A stretch of 64,000 nt of DNA from an uncultured delta proteobacterium (GTDB taxonomy: Bacteria > Desulfobacterota > Binatia > UBA9968), in assembly GCA_963847445.1 (NCBI GenBank), contig CAWJZV010000042.1, positions 96,001 to 160,000 on the forward strand. The letters are read 5' to 3'. Position numbers and translations under genes: made by a program. Shown one piece after another: positions 22,037-33,047 of the stretch; the first letter of the stretch is position 1, and every line of letters begins with the position of its first letter. The notes beneath the pieces were generated by a model. That model saw nothing but the letters and a program-made list of their open reading frames with translations, had not been told where the DNA came from and did not search any database.

Positions 22037-22984
22037 ATGTGGCGACTGGCGTTAATTTCACTGATCGCTGTTGTCGGTAACTTCACTGGTGCGCAGGCCC
22101 AGCCGGTGCGCGGGGCGTTTCCATCGCCGAGCGTGCAGATCCTGCCGATGATGGTGGCGCAGGAGCGCGGCTTTTTTAAACGCGAAGGGTTGGATCTAGA
22201 GCTGATTTTTGTCCGTGGCGCGACGACGGCGGTGCAGGCGCTGATCGCCAATCAGATCCATTTTATTTTCTCCATCGGGCCGCAAATGCCGGCGGTGTGG
22301 GAGGGCAATGATATCATGCTGCTCGCCCAGCAGGTCGGCCGGCCGACGTTCTCGCTGGTGGTGACGCCGGATATTCAAAAGATCGCCGATCTCAAAGGCA
22401 AGAAGATCGGCGTGACCTTCGGCGGCTCGACGGCGGCGGGAACCAAGGCGTTGCTCGAACTCAACAAGATCAATCCCGACAAAGATGTCGAGTATATCGG
22501 CTTGCCGGGCAACGAGCCCAAGATCGCGGCGATGAAGCAGGGGATTATCTCGGCGGCGTTACTGGCGCCGCCGGCGGATTATTTGGCGATGAAATCGGGG
22601 CTCAAGCGGCTGGTGAGCTTGGCGGATATTTTCAAGGACACGGCGTTCACCGGTCTGGCGGCGAACCGAAAAACGATCATCGAAAATCCCCAGATGGTCA
22701 AGCGCATGGTCCGCGCCATCGTCCGCTCGGTGCTGCACACCCGCGATAATCCGGAAGACGCGCTGCAAGTCTTGACCAAACGCCTCGGCCTGGAGCGCGA
22801 CGCGGCACAGGATGCCTACCAGATGATCAAAGACGCGCTGGTGCCGGTGCCGACGGAAAAAGGCGTGGAGCTGATGGCGCAGTGGCAAGCGATCGCGTTG
22901 AACATCAAACCGAAGCGCAAGCCGGCGGAGTACATGGACCTGCGCTTCGTCAATGAAGTGATGGCGGAGCTGGGGCAGAAGTGA
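22037..22984 (+). CDS. ABC SBP, NMT1/SsuA-like
   Basis: Signal peptide, ERGFFKREGLDLE, DLKGKKIGV. Confidence 0.9.
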   Translation: MWRLALISLIAVVGNFTGAQAQPVRGAFPSPSVQILPMMVAQERGFFKREGLDLELIFVRGATTAVQALIANQIHFIFSIGPQMPAVWEGNDIMLLAQQVGRPTFSLVVTPDIQKIADLKGKKIGVTFGGSTAAGTKALLELNKINPDKDVEYIGLPGNEPKIAAMKQGIISAALLAPPADYLAMKSGLKRLVSLADIFKDTAFTGLAANRKTIIENPQMVKRMVRAIVRSVLHTRDNPEDALQVLTKRLGLERDAAQDAYQMIKDALVPVPTEKGVELMAQWQAIALNIKPKRKPAEYMDLRFVNEVMAELGQK

Positions 22985-23217
22985 CTGAGCGGAAATTCGG
23001 AATATCTCCCGCAAAGGCGCCAAGGCGCAAAGGTGACGGGCCGCATCCGTCATACCGTTGGAAAACGGTATCCAGGTGGAGGAATGGGGATGGATTCCGG
23101 TTTTCACCGGGGTGACGATAAGGCCGGAATGACAAGAATGAGAGTCGAGTTTCATAAGACGAATTCAGAATCATTCGGCTTAGAGCCGAGGGTCGATCGC
23201 TGGTCAGCGATTGCGCG

Positions 23218-23246
23218 TTGACATTCCTTTTGCCGAGGCCTAGCCT
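23218..23246 (+). promoter_or_regulatory. Sigma70-like promoter, possibly leaderless transcript
   Basis: TTGACA-N17-TAGCCT, ending 8 nt before ATG 23255; no SD. Confidence 0.45.
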
Positions 23247-23254
23247 TTGATCCT

Positions 23255-23914
23255 ATGAAGCTGACAAAGAACCTCGCATGGGTCTCGGTGATTGTTCTTC
23301 TCGCCGGCTGCGCCGCTTACAACACCGCGGGCCAAGTTCAGTCCGGCCGGCGCGCGCTCCTGGTGAACGATCCCGAACTCGCTCTGCCCTACTTTCTCCA
23401 AGCGGCACAGGCTGATCCCAACTTCGTCTACCAATCGGTTTATTTCCGCGAAGGTATCTGGACTTACGTCGGCCGTTCGCAATACGCAACCAAGCGCTAT
23501 GTCGAAGCGCGCCAGTCGCTGGAACGCGCACTTAAGGTCGATCCGAACGATCAACTGGCGCGGCTTTACTTCGGTCTTACGCTGGCGCGCAGCGGCGAAG
23601 CCGCGCGCGGTACCAAGGAGATACTGAGCGCCATGCGCGGGCTTCACGATTGGCTCGAATATATTAACCGGAGCCGGCCCTTCGAGGCTTATTGGGATCC
23701 GCTGCGGGAAATCCGCAAGGCCATCGAGATTCATGTGCCGGGCGGACCGGGCAACGACGCCGTTACTTCCGAGCAGCTCATCCCCGACGCCGAGTGGCTC
23801 GGCAACAAGATGGAAGATGAAATCGAGCGCGTGCGCCAGGACGAGCGACGCCTATACGAGCGCAACTTCGACCGGGGCCGGGGCTCGTCGGTGGGCGTCG
23901 GCATCGGCTTCTAA
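23255..23914 (+). CDS. TPR-repeat lipoprotein
   Basis: Lipobox LLAGC; TPR-like VGRSQYATKRYVEARQSLERALKVDPND. Confidence 0.8.
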   Translation: MKLTKNLAWVSVIVLLAGCAAYNTAGQVQSGRRALLVNDPELALPYFLQAAQADPNFVYQSVYFREGIWTYVGRSQYATKRYVEARQSLERALKVDPNDQLARLYFGLTLARSGEAARGTKEILSAMRGLHDWLEYINRSRPFEAYWDPLREIRKAIEIHVPGGPGNDAVTSEQLIPDAEWLGNKMEDEIERVRQDERRLYERNFDRGRGSSVGVGIGF

Positions 23915-23957
23915 GTCAAATGGCTCGTTGGGTATTGGTGTGGATATTCGCCACCGG

Positions 23958-25114
23958 TCAACGTGCGGCGAGTTCGGCGCAGCGGTTGAATGGATTTGAC
24001 ATGCTGTTGGCAGTCCTTGGCGAGGTCAGCCGGGGTTTTGCCGAATGTGCCTTTGAGATAGGCGATAGTTTCACGGTAACAATCGAGTTGATCGCCGTCT
24101 TCGCCGAGGGCGGCGCAAAACGGCATGGCGTAACGGCCGTCCCATGTATTATCGATAAGCGCGTAGACCACGCCGCGGATACAGGCGCGCTTGGAGTCGC
24201 CGCCGGCGGCTTGGCATTTTTGCGCGGTGGGCTGGAGCTGGCCGAGGCGCACGTAGTTCGACAGGTCGCGTCCGGCCGACAGCGCACATTGAAAACGATA
24301 CTCGCCGCTCTTGTCGCATTCCTGGAAGATCTTTTCCGTCGTCAGTCCCATTTCACTCATGCGCGAGGTTTGCATGACGTAGCAGTCGCTGCGGTACTTG
24401 GCCGCGAGTTTGTTGCAGGGGTAGTGGTAATCCGTCGGGCTCAAGTCGCGCAGCTCTGGGGTGGCGTTGGAGACGTTCTCCATGAAGACCCCGCCATAGC
24501 AGGACGATTGGCTCCAGCCATTGGGTAGGGCGTCGCAGGCTTCCAGCGTGGAGACCAGCTGGTAGCGGTTAAAAAACAGCAGCGCATGGCCTAGACCATG
24601 CAGGCATTGAAAACGAAAGCGGTCGGCAAGCTTGGGATCGCAGGCGAGGGCGGCTTTTTGCTTGAGCTCGGCGGCGCTCGGATGCTTGTCGGTCTGGGTG
24701 TAAATATCTTCACCGCGCAGAAAGCGCTCCACCGAGCCGTGATAGCAACCGGAATGACAGGTCTGGTCGCAGGCACTGAAGGATTCGTGAATCGTGCCTT
24801 TGACGCGATAGGTCTCCCGGCCGATGGCGTGGACCACTGGATGGCAGTCGCGGCGCAGTTCGGCGTCGTCCTTTTCATAGCGCTGGATCAACTGGAGGGT
24901 TTCCAGCGTGGTGTGTTTCTTTAGCGCGTCGCGGAACAGTTTGTCGAGACATTCCGCACTATTGGGCAGGCTATTGCAGGCCTTGATCGCCGCCAGGGAC
25001 GGCAAGCCGCCATCGGTAGTGTGCACTCGATTGTTTGACTTCCTGGCCGTACAGCGCCGCGGCGCCGAGCAGGCAGGTAAATATTCCGATCAATAACGAT
25101 CTAAGCTTTTTCAT
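23958..25114 (-). CDS. Secreted Cys/His-rich hypothetical protein; indels near both ends
   Basis: Signal MKKLRSLLIGIF..; motifs CHPVVHAIG, CHSGCYHG, CLHGLGH, CYGGVFMEN, YPC. Confidence 0.75.
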
Positions 25115-25296
25115 CGACGAAGGTATCCTTGAGTCCGGTGGAGTGTAGCCCAGGCGTAAGTCGACTGCAATATTTTCAGCTACTTGGAGTGATGCTCCAG
25201 GCGTCACGCCAGACCAGGTTCGGAGTGTCGGAACCGACGGATTCATGATAATTTAGGGTTAAACTATTTTTGTTCTGCTACGTCTAAAGGTCTGAC

Positions 25297-26160
25297 ATGG
25301 AAAAACCAAAATTTACTTTGCGGTTGGCGCTCCTCATCGTCGTCGGATTGCTCGCCGGCTCGGCCTCCCAGGCCGGTGAAGCGACGATCAAGCCGGAAAA
25401 CCTGCCGATCTACAGTCCCAAATTCTATCCCTTCGAAAGAGGCGAGAAGGGAGTTTACCGCGCCACCTGGAATGGTCTGTTCTCGGTGGCGACGGCGGAA
25501 GTGACGACGACATCGAGCATGGTCGACGGTAAGAAGGTCTATCAAGTGCGTGTCGATGCCAAGACTTCCAAGGCCCTCGATCTGATTTGGAAGATGCGCG
25601 ACGTCATCAGCTCGACTTTCGACGCCAAGTCATTGGCGCCGAGCCATTACCTGTTTAACCAGCGGGAAAACTCGCGGATCATCGACACCGAAGCCAAACT
25701 CGACCTGACACACCAAACGTTGGGCGGTCAACCGCCAGCAGAACGGCAAGCGCACCAGGATCTACGAGTTCGACTCGCAGAACACCTTCGATCCGGTCAC
25801 CGCGGTCTATTTGGCGCGCAGTGTCGACTTCAAGGTCGGCGATAAGCTTTATTTCAAGGTCTTCGGCGGCCGCTATCAGTATTTGCTCGAATTGTTCGTC
25901 GAGAAAAAAGAACCGGTGGAGCTGCCGTCCGGCAAAACCGTCGAAGCCTTACAAGATCGTGCCGCGGGTGCAGAATCTTAAGAAGCGCGGCTACGCCAGC
26001 AGATTGACTGAAGCGGCGATCTGGATCTCGACGGATGAGCGGCGCTTACCGGTAAAGCTGAGCAGCAAGATCGCCTTCGGCAGCGTGCAGCTCGATCTGA
26101 TGGAAGACAAACGGCGGCATCCAAGCGACCGCGATCAAAAACGATCAGCCTGGGTCCTAA
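25297..26160 (+). CDS. DUF3108-like secreted protein; several frameshifts
   Basis: Signal peptide, FERGEKGVY, IWISTDERRLPVKL; pieces lie in three frames. Confidence 0.7.
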
Positions 26161-26195
26161 GGATAGGCGTGAAAGTATGGCTACAAGTGGAGACG

Positions 26196-26930
26196 ATGAC
26201 ATTTTCCGTTGCCAATAGCCCGTTGCCAGCAAAATTCCGCCGCTCGAGCATCGGGCGGTGCTGGCGATTGCTTTCTTGGCTGCGTTGGGACTCTCAGCAT
26301 GTTTCACCACCGCGTCGCCGCCCAGCCGGCGCGCGCCGCAGGACTATTCGCAAACACGGACGCAAAATTATGCCTCTCGTGGCTCGGATGGCAATGACTC
26401 CGAGCGTCTGCGCCGGGTCATGGTGCCTTTGATTCAGGCCATGGACCAGCCTTGCCGGCTCGATCAAACCAAGGTCGGCATCATCAATCAGAACGAGATC
26501 AACGCCGCCAACGCCGGCAACTGTCAGTTTTACGTCACCACAGGTTTGTTGCGGCGCGCCTCGGATGACCAGCTGCGCGGCGTTCTCGCCCATGAGCTGG
26601 CGCACCAAGATTTGGGCCATGTCGCCAAGGCGCAGGTTCTTGGCGCGACGATCAATGCCCTGAGCGCGGGTTTGCAGCAGTTATTTCCCATCGCCGGCGC
26701 CGTGGCGCCCGTCGCCGGCGAACTGGTGGCGCGCAGTTACGGGCGCAAAGAAGAATTCAGCGCCGACACGCATGGCTGTCGATATTCTGCGCCGCGCGGG
26801 CTATCCCAAAGAGGTTATGGTCGACTCCCTCGCCTGGATTCGCCGCATATCCGGCGACAAAGGAGGCGGCTTTCTCTCCACACATCCGGGGCTCGACGAC
26901 CGGATCGCGACGATTCAGCGGCTGCGTTAG
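26196..26930 (+). CDS. M48 family zinc metallopeptidase lipoprotein; frameshifts
   Basis: Lipobox LSAC, EINAA, LRGVLAHELAH, EEFSAD, FLSTHP in shifted frame. Confidence 0.85.
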
Positions 26931-26986
26931 CGCCAACAATACGAACCCTTCGGTGTAATTCGCTATATCCCCTTCGTTACATCCCA

Positions 26987-27011
26987 GTAGGGGCGGGTTT
27001 GAAACCCGCCC
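26987..27011. repeat. GTAG-family REP; identical core at 4397-4420, variants at 19601-19627 and 44416-44477
   Basis: GTAGGGGCGGGTTTGAAACCCGCC. Confidence 0.75.
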
Positions 27012-27097
27012 TCGTCCCTAAATTCCCTGAAAAGTCCATTCTTTGCAGTAAACATTTTCTCGAAGCATCCGTCTAAACCAGCAAGGAGGCGGAGACC

Positions 27098-27440
27098 ATG
27101 AAAAACACTATGAAATCGATATCGAGTTTGGCGCTAGTCGGCGACTTTGGCAGCGGGTTGCGCCGGGGGCGCGATCACCACGCGCGAAAAGGGTATCGGC
27201 ATTGGCGCCTTGGGTGGCGCGACTGCGGGCGGTTTGATCGGTACCGCCGTACGTAAACCGTTGGCAGGCGCAATGATCGGCGCGGTTCTCGGCGCCGGCG
27301 CCGGTGGCTTGATCGGCGACGGCCTGCAGGGCCGGGATATTCAGGGCAACGAGCAGGACCAGGCGATCCAGCGCAACGAGCAGGAAATCCTGCGCCAGCG
27401 CCGCGAGCTCGAAGAACTGCGACAGCGGCGCGAATATTAA
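27098..27440 (+). CDS. Glycine-zipper lipoprotein; signal indel
   Basis: LAAGC lipobox, GALGGATAGGLIG, GAVLGAGAGGLIG; GGAGG RBS. Confidence 0.8.
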
Positions 27441-27558
27441 TCGCGCAGACTGACTAGAATTGCAGAAACGGGGGGCTTCGGCTCCCCGTTCTATTTCTTG
27501 GACATGTTGCATCATTAGCGACAAAGTCGGCGTAGGACGGAAAAAAGTGCTGCGGGCG

Positions 27559-28603
27559 ATGTTCGTGCTGCTACTGCTGCTTGTCTCCGTCGCACCGCAA
27601 GCTGGTCGCTCTCCGCACGCTCAGTCCCGGCGATCATACGGCGACGCTGCAATTCGCCGGGCGCGAGCGTAGCGCCATCGTTCATGTACCGCGGCGGGCG
27701 GCGGAGCGGCAGCTGTTGCCCGTTGTTCTCAACTTTCACGGTGGCGGCGGCCATGGCGCCAACCAACAAGAATACTCGCTGCTTGACGCGGTGGCGGAGA
27801 GCGAAAATTTTATCACGGTCTATCCCAACGGCACCGGCCGATTGCCCGGGCGGTTGCTGACGTGGAATGGCGGCACTTGCTGCGCTTACTCGATGCTTAA
27901 CAAAATCGACGACGTCGGTTTTGTCCGGGCGCTGATCCACGAGCTCGCCGAGAAGTTTCCCGTCGATCGGCGCCGAGTCTACGCCACCGGCATGTCCAAC
28001 GGCGGCATGATGGCCCATCGTCTGGCGGCGGAAGCGAGCGATGTCATCGCCGCGGTAGCGCCGGTGGCGGGCGGCTTGGTGCTGCCGGCGATCAAATCCG
28101 ACCGCGCCGTGCCGGTGATGCATATCCACAGCGTCGACGATCCGCGCGCGCTTTATACCGGCGGCCTCGGTCCGCCGTTCCCGATGACCAAGAGCCAGGT
28201 CTTTCATCCCAACGTCGACGAGATGATCAAGCGCTGGGTCGAGCATAACCGTTGCGCTGCCGAACCGACGGTCGTTGACCGGCGCGTCGATCGCAGCGCG
28301 CGCGGCCATCGCGCAACCAAATACGTTTTTGCCAACTGCCGCGACGGCGCGGAAGTCGCGCTCTGGAAGCTCACCGGCGCGGGCCATGTGTGGCCCGGCG
28401 GCAAGCAGAAAGTTCTCGAGCGCATCCTCGGTCCATCGACGGATATCATCGATGCCAACCGGGAGATGTGGGAGTTTTTTAAGCGCTTTGCGCTGTATAA
28501 AAATCGCTCAAGGTTCCAATCGTTCAAGCCGTTCAAAACGTTCAAATCGTTCTTCGGATTCGCGAGCGTTCGACGTGCGGCTTCTCTTGCCGCAGCGTCA
28601 TAA
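27559..28603 (+). CDS. LpqC/PHB-depolymerase-like alpha/beta esterase; N-terminal indel
   Basis: NFHGGGG, VYPNG, DDVGF, TGMSNGG nucleophile, GAGHVWPG. Confidence 0.85.
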
Positions 28604-28625
28604 CTCGAATTACATGTCGACAGTG

Positions 28626-29486
28626 ATGAAAATTCTTATCACCGGCGCGGCGGGGTTGGTCGGCAGTCATTTGGCGCGGCGTTTGGCGCGCGAGCATGAG
28701 GTGCTGGCGCTCACGCATGGCGATCTCGATATTACCGATCGCGCTGCAGTGCAGCGTTGCGTCGCGCGATGCGAAACCGGCGTTGATCTTCAATTGCGCG
28801 GTGCTGCAAGTCGACGAGTCGGAACAGCAGCCGGCGCAAAGCTCAAGCCGTCAATGTCGACGGGCCGCGTTACTTAGCCGAGGCGGCGAATGACATTGGC
28901 GCTGAGATCGTTCACTTCAGCACGCAGTACGCGTTCGACGGCGAGCCGGTGGGGCGCTTGCCTTACACTATTCACGACGAGCCACGACCGGTTAACAATT
29001 ACGGCCGGACAAAAGTTGCCGGCGAGGCGGCGGTGCTCGCTGCGTGCGCGCGCAGTTTCATCGTGCGCACTTCTTGGGTCTACGGCAGCGGCAAGAAGAG
29101 TTTTCTCTGCACGGTTGCACAACGATCTCAAGGCCGGCAAGACAGTGCGCGCCATCGATGATATCTGGTCGAGCACGACCTATGTTGCGGATCTGATCGA
29201 GCGGGTGCTGGTCATTCGCTGCGACCGGCAAGTACGGCACCTATCACGTCGTCAACGACGGCGTCTGCACGTATTACGAATTCGCCCTCGAAGCCGGGCC
29301 GCGTGCTCGGGCTGACGCGCGAGCAAATCGATCTCACTCATCGAAATCACCCATGAGCGCGACATGAAACGAGTCGCTGCGCGGCCGCGCTACACGCCGC
29401 TGCGCTGCTTGCTTTCGGAACAACTCGGTTTGCCGCCGATGCGCGATTGGCGCGCGGCGTTGGCGGAGTACGTCAGGAGTGGATGA
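28626..29486 (+). CDS. rfbD: dTDP-4-dehydrorhamnose reductase-like; multiple frameshifts
   Basis: ILITGAAGLVG, LDITD, PVNNYGRTK (YxxxK), IVRTSWVYG, ARPRY. Confidence 0.8.
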
Positions 29487-29487
29487 G

Positions 29488-29603
29488 TTGGAGTAATGGA
29501 GTATTGGAGTGATGGAGTACTGGGCGAACGGAATTCGGAGTTCGAACTTCGTCCGAAGTCCGGCTTACTCCGACACCCATTACTCCATCACTCCAGTACT
29601 CCA
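29488..29603. repeat. Octamer (TGGAGTAN) tandem inverted repeat; weaker copy at 34063-34135
   Basis: TGGAGTAA-TGGAGTAT-TGGAGTGA-TGGAGTAC..TTACTCCA-TCACTCCA-GTACTCCA. Confidence 0.75.
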
Positions 29604-29683
29604 ATTCGTCTCTCCCGGCATTGACAGCCGGCTTCGCACCGGACTAGAAGAACTAAGTCTGAACTCGCGAAGGAGGCTATTCC

Positions 29684-30729
29684 ATGTCGAACTTTCCGGT
29701 CATCGATACCGACGGTCATGTGCTCGAACGGCAATCGGATATTCGCAAGTATCTCGAAGAGCCCTGGGCAAAGCGGCCTACTGGTTTGTGGCCGGGCGAT
29801 CAGCCCTGGGACAACGACATGATGGACGGCTTCGAGATGGCGCGCACATGGAAGGGTTTGAGCGCGGCGCAGCAGGTCGACAACTGGCACAAGATCATGG
29901 ACGAGTACGACATCGAGAAGGCGGTCTGCTTTCCCACCGGCTCCGGCAACATCGCCAAGAACCAGGAAGTGCCCTATCAAATCGCCGTGACGCGCGCCGC
30001 CAACACGCAGTTCGCCAAAGAGTACAACGCGCGCTCCGACCGGCTGTTTTGCGTCGGCTGCTTGCCGATGCGCTCGCCGAAAGCGGCGGCCGAGGAGTTG
30101 CGCCGCGCGGTGACTGAGCTGGGCCTCAAAGGCTTCGAGATATTGCCGACGGGTTTGCCGCTGGCGCTGGGCGATCCGTTCTACGATCCGATCTATGAAG
30201 AAGCCGAGAAACTCAACGTCGTTCTCGGCATCCACGGCACGCGCAACACCTCGCGCGAGCTGGGAACTTCCGGGTTGTCGACCTTCGCCGAGGTTCATTC
30301 CTATGCCTTTCCCGTCGGTATCCTGCTGCAGTTCACCAGCATCGTCTGCCAGGGTTTGCCGGTGCGCTTTCCCGAAGCTAAAATTAGCGTTCCTGGAAAT
30401 CGGCGCCACCTGGCTGCCCTATTATCTTGGACCGGCTCGACGAGCATTGGGAAAAACGCGCCGAAATTGAAATGCCGCTGCTCAAAAAAAAGCCCAGCGA
30501 AATGGTGCGCGAGTCGAAGCTGTATTTCAGCGTCGAGCCGGGCGAGTCGCAATTGACTCACACCGTCGACTACGTCGGCGCCGAGCATTTTCTCTACGCC
30601 TCGGACATTCCCCACTGGGACAACGAGTTTCCGCACAACCTGCTCGATTTGCAGAATCATAAGCAGCTGTCGAACGAGACCAAGGAAAAGATTTTGTATA
30701 AGAACGCCAAGGAATTGTTTTCGTTGTGA
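29684..30729 (+). CDS. Amidohydrolase_2 family protein; frameshifts near 30375-30425
   Basis: IDTDGH, LGIHG, AFLEIGATW, YASDIPHWD. Confidence 0.87.
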
Positions 30730-30811
30730 GCGCGCTTGCGCCAAGTTTTCGGAATCACCGCGGAGGCGCCGAAGACGCAGAGGTGGAAATAGAACCTTAA
30801 TTCGATGACCG

Positions 30812-31823
30812 GTGAAATTCTTGACGGTGCTAGCTCAGAACATTGTTTCTGATACGAGTCTCTGATTACTGTTCGATGCTACTGGGCCGGATAGGCGCAG
30901 CGCGCGCCGACACCATTCGCATCGCCTACAGCTCGGTCAATCCGCACGCGCTGTTGGTTTCGCTGGCCGAGAAGCGCGGGCTTTACGCCAAGTATGGACT
31001 TTCTTCGGTGGTGGTTTACATTCCCGGCGGCAGCACGGTGATTCAGGCGATGGTCTCCGGCGATATCGACTTGGGACAATTGACCGGGCCGCCGGGTGTG
31101 GCGGCGAATCTGCGCGGCGCCGATATTCTCTACGTTGCCATGACCGACGACCGCATGGGCTATCAACTGGCGACCCGTCCGAGATCAGAAGCGCCGGTGA
31201 TCTGAAAGGCAAGCGCTTCGGTATCAGCCGTTTCGCGTCGTCGTCGGATTTCGGCCTGCGCACGCTGCTGCGACGGCTTGGCGTCGATCCCAAAGACGTG
31301 ACGATCTTGCAGATCGGTAACGAGTCCGAGCGGCTGGCGGCGCTACGCTCCGGCAGCATCGACGGTTCGGTCTTTAACGCGCCGTTCGGCGTCGATGGCG
31401 AAGAAATTCAACTTCAATGTTTTGGCGGACGCCGACGCGTTGGGGATTCCCTATTTCAACACCGGAATGTGCGGCAGCGCCAAATTGATTGCAGAAAAAC
31501 GAGAGGCAGGATTCTAAACTTCCTGCGCGCCTACGTCGAAGCGATCAAGATTTTCAAGACCGAGCCGGAATATACGTTGAAGGCGCTGGCGCAGTTCAGC
31601 CGGGTGAACGATCAGGAGCTTTTGAAAGAAGCCTACGAGTACAACAAGAATAAGATCCCCGACATTCCTTATCCGTCGGTGAGCGCCATGCAAGCCGTGG
31701 TCGATCCGCTGGTCGCCGCGGAACCGAAATTGGGCAAGATCGACGCGAAGAATTTCGTCAGCGGATCGGTATTTAAAGAAACTGGAAGAAGAGGGGTTCG
31801 TGCAGAAGTTGATGGGGCGGTAG
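30812..31823 (+). CDS. ABC SBP, NMT1/SsuA-like; multiple frameshifts, start approximate
   Basis: RGLYAKYGL, DLKGKRFGIS, GVDPKDVTILQIG, LEEEGFV. Confidence 0.8.
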
Positions 31824-32072
31824 GTATCGCTTCGACTGACTGCGCAGTCGTGAAGCCTAGGCCGCGCTGGACCTGCATGTCGGCGGCATACGAGCAACGG
31901 CATCTGAAAGATACTTTCTTCAGGTTGGGCGTTGGCTGGCGGCTCTACCTCCTATCCATAGTTCGGCCAGCGGGCTTTAATATCGGCTAGCCGTGCGATA
32001 GATAAAAGCTCAGGTGGTTTGCTTTGCTTCGACGGAAAGCCGAAGGGCGCGGGTCAATTGACAGGGCCGCAC

Positions 32073-33016
32073 ATGAAGAGAGTCACGCTTTACAGTTCCA
32101 GCCGTTCATCGATTACCGGTCGGTCAGCGCCGACGGCCAATCCGCATCCCGCCACAGGTCCGGATCAATCCGGACAACGGTTCCTCGGCGAAAGTTCCGA
32201 GTCAAAAACCCCGCGCGCGCTGGCGCAACCTATGCGCGCGCTACGAACGCCCGCTTTGGCTGGCAGCCGCCGGGCTGCTCTCGTTACTGGTGGTTTTTAC
32301 CCACGGGTTATTCGCGCCGGCGCCGCGTCCGGTCACTCAGGAAGATATTAGCGCCGCAGTGCTGCACACGCTCGAGACGCAAGGTTCTGCCGTCCGCGGC
32401 GGCGAAAGCGTACGAGATCATTCGACCGTCGATCGTCCGGGTGCGTCGAATGGAACCGAACAAGAACGGCGAAGAGAGCGAAAAGGGCGTCGGCACCGGG
32501 GTCGTGATCGTCGACAAGGGCGTGATCTTGACCAATCTTCATGTGGTGTTCGGCGCCAAGCGGGTGCAAGTCGTGTTCGCTGACGGGCTCGAATCCGACG
32601 CCACGGTGACCGGTATGCAGCCTGAGCATGATTTGGCCGTGCTTCAGGCGCATAAGATTCCCGACGATTTGACCGCGGCCACCATGCGCTCCACCGCGGA
32701 CCTTGCCATAGGCGATCAGGTTGTCGCCGTCGGCTATCCTTTTGGTATAGGTCCTTCGGCGAGTGCTGGAGTAGTCTCCGGATTGCGCCGCGAGTTCTAC
32801 TCCCCGAATGGAAAACGCTTGCTGACCAATCTCATCCAGTTCGATGCTGCGGCTAATCCCGGCAGCTCCGGCGGGCCGCTGGTAACCGCCCGGGGCGAGG
32901 TTGTCGGCATCGTCACCGCGATTCTCAATCCGACGAACCAGCGTTTTTTTGTCGGCATTGGCTTTGCGGTGCCCATTGAAAATGCCGCAACCGCTGCCGG
33001 CATGCCGCCGTTCTAG
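32073..33016 (+). CDS. Trypsin-like (S1C/HtrA-type) serine protease without PDZ; frameshift near 32380
   Basis: GTGVV, ILTNLHVV, DLAVL, IQFDAAANPGSSGGPL. Confidence 0.87.
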
Positions 33017-33047
33017 CGTAATCGCTATCACCACCAAAAAGGGGCTT

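Noticed and set aside
29488-29603. Tandem repeats as a CRISPR array
   Set aside because: 8-nt units without unique spacers; no cas genes.
32015-32070. GAAA hairpin upstream of the protease as a c-di-GMP riboswitch
   Set aside because: Lacks the GGCAAAC/GCAAAG consensus and a second stem.
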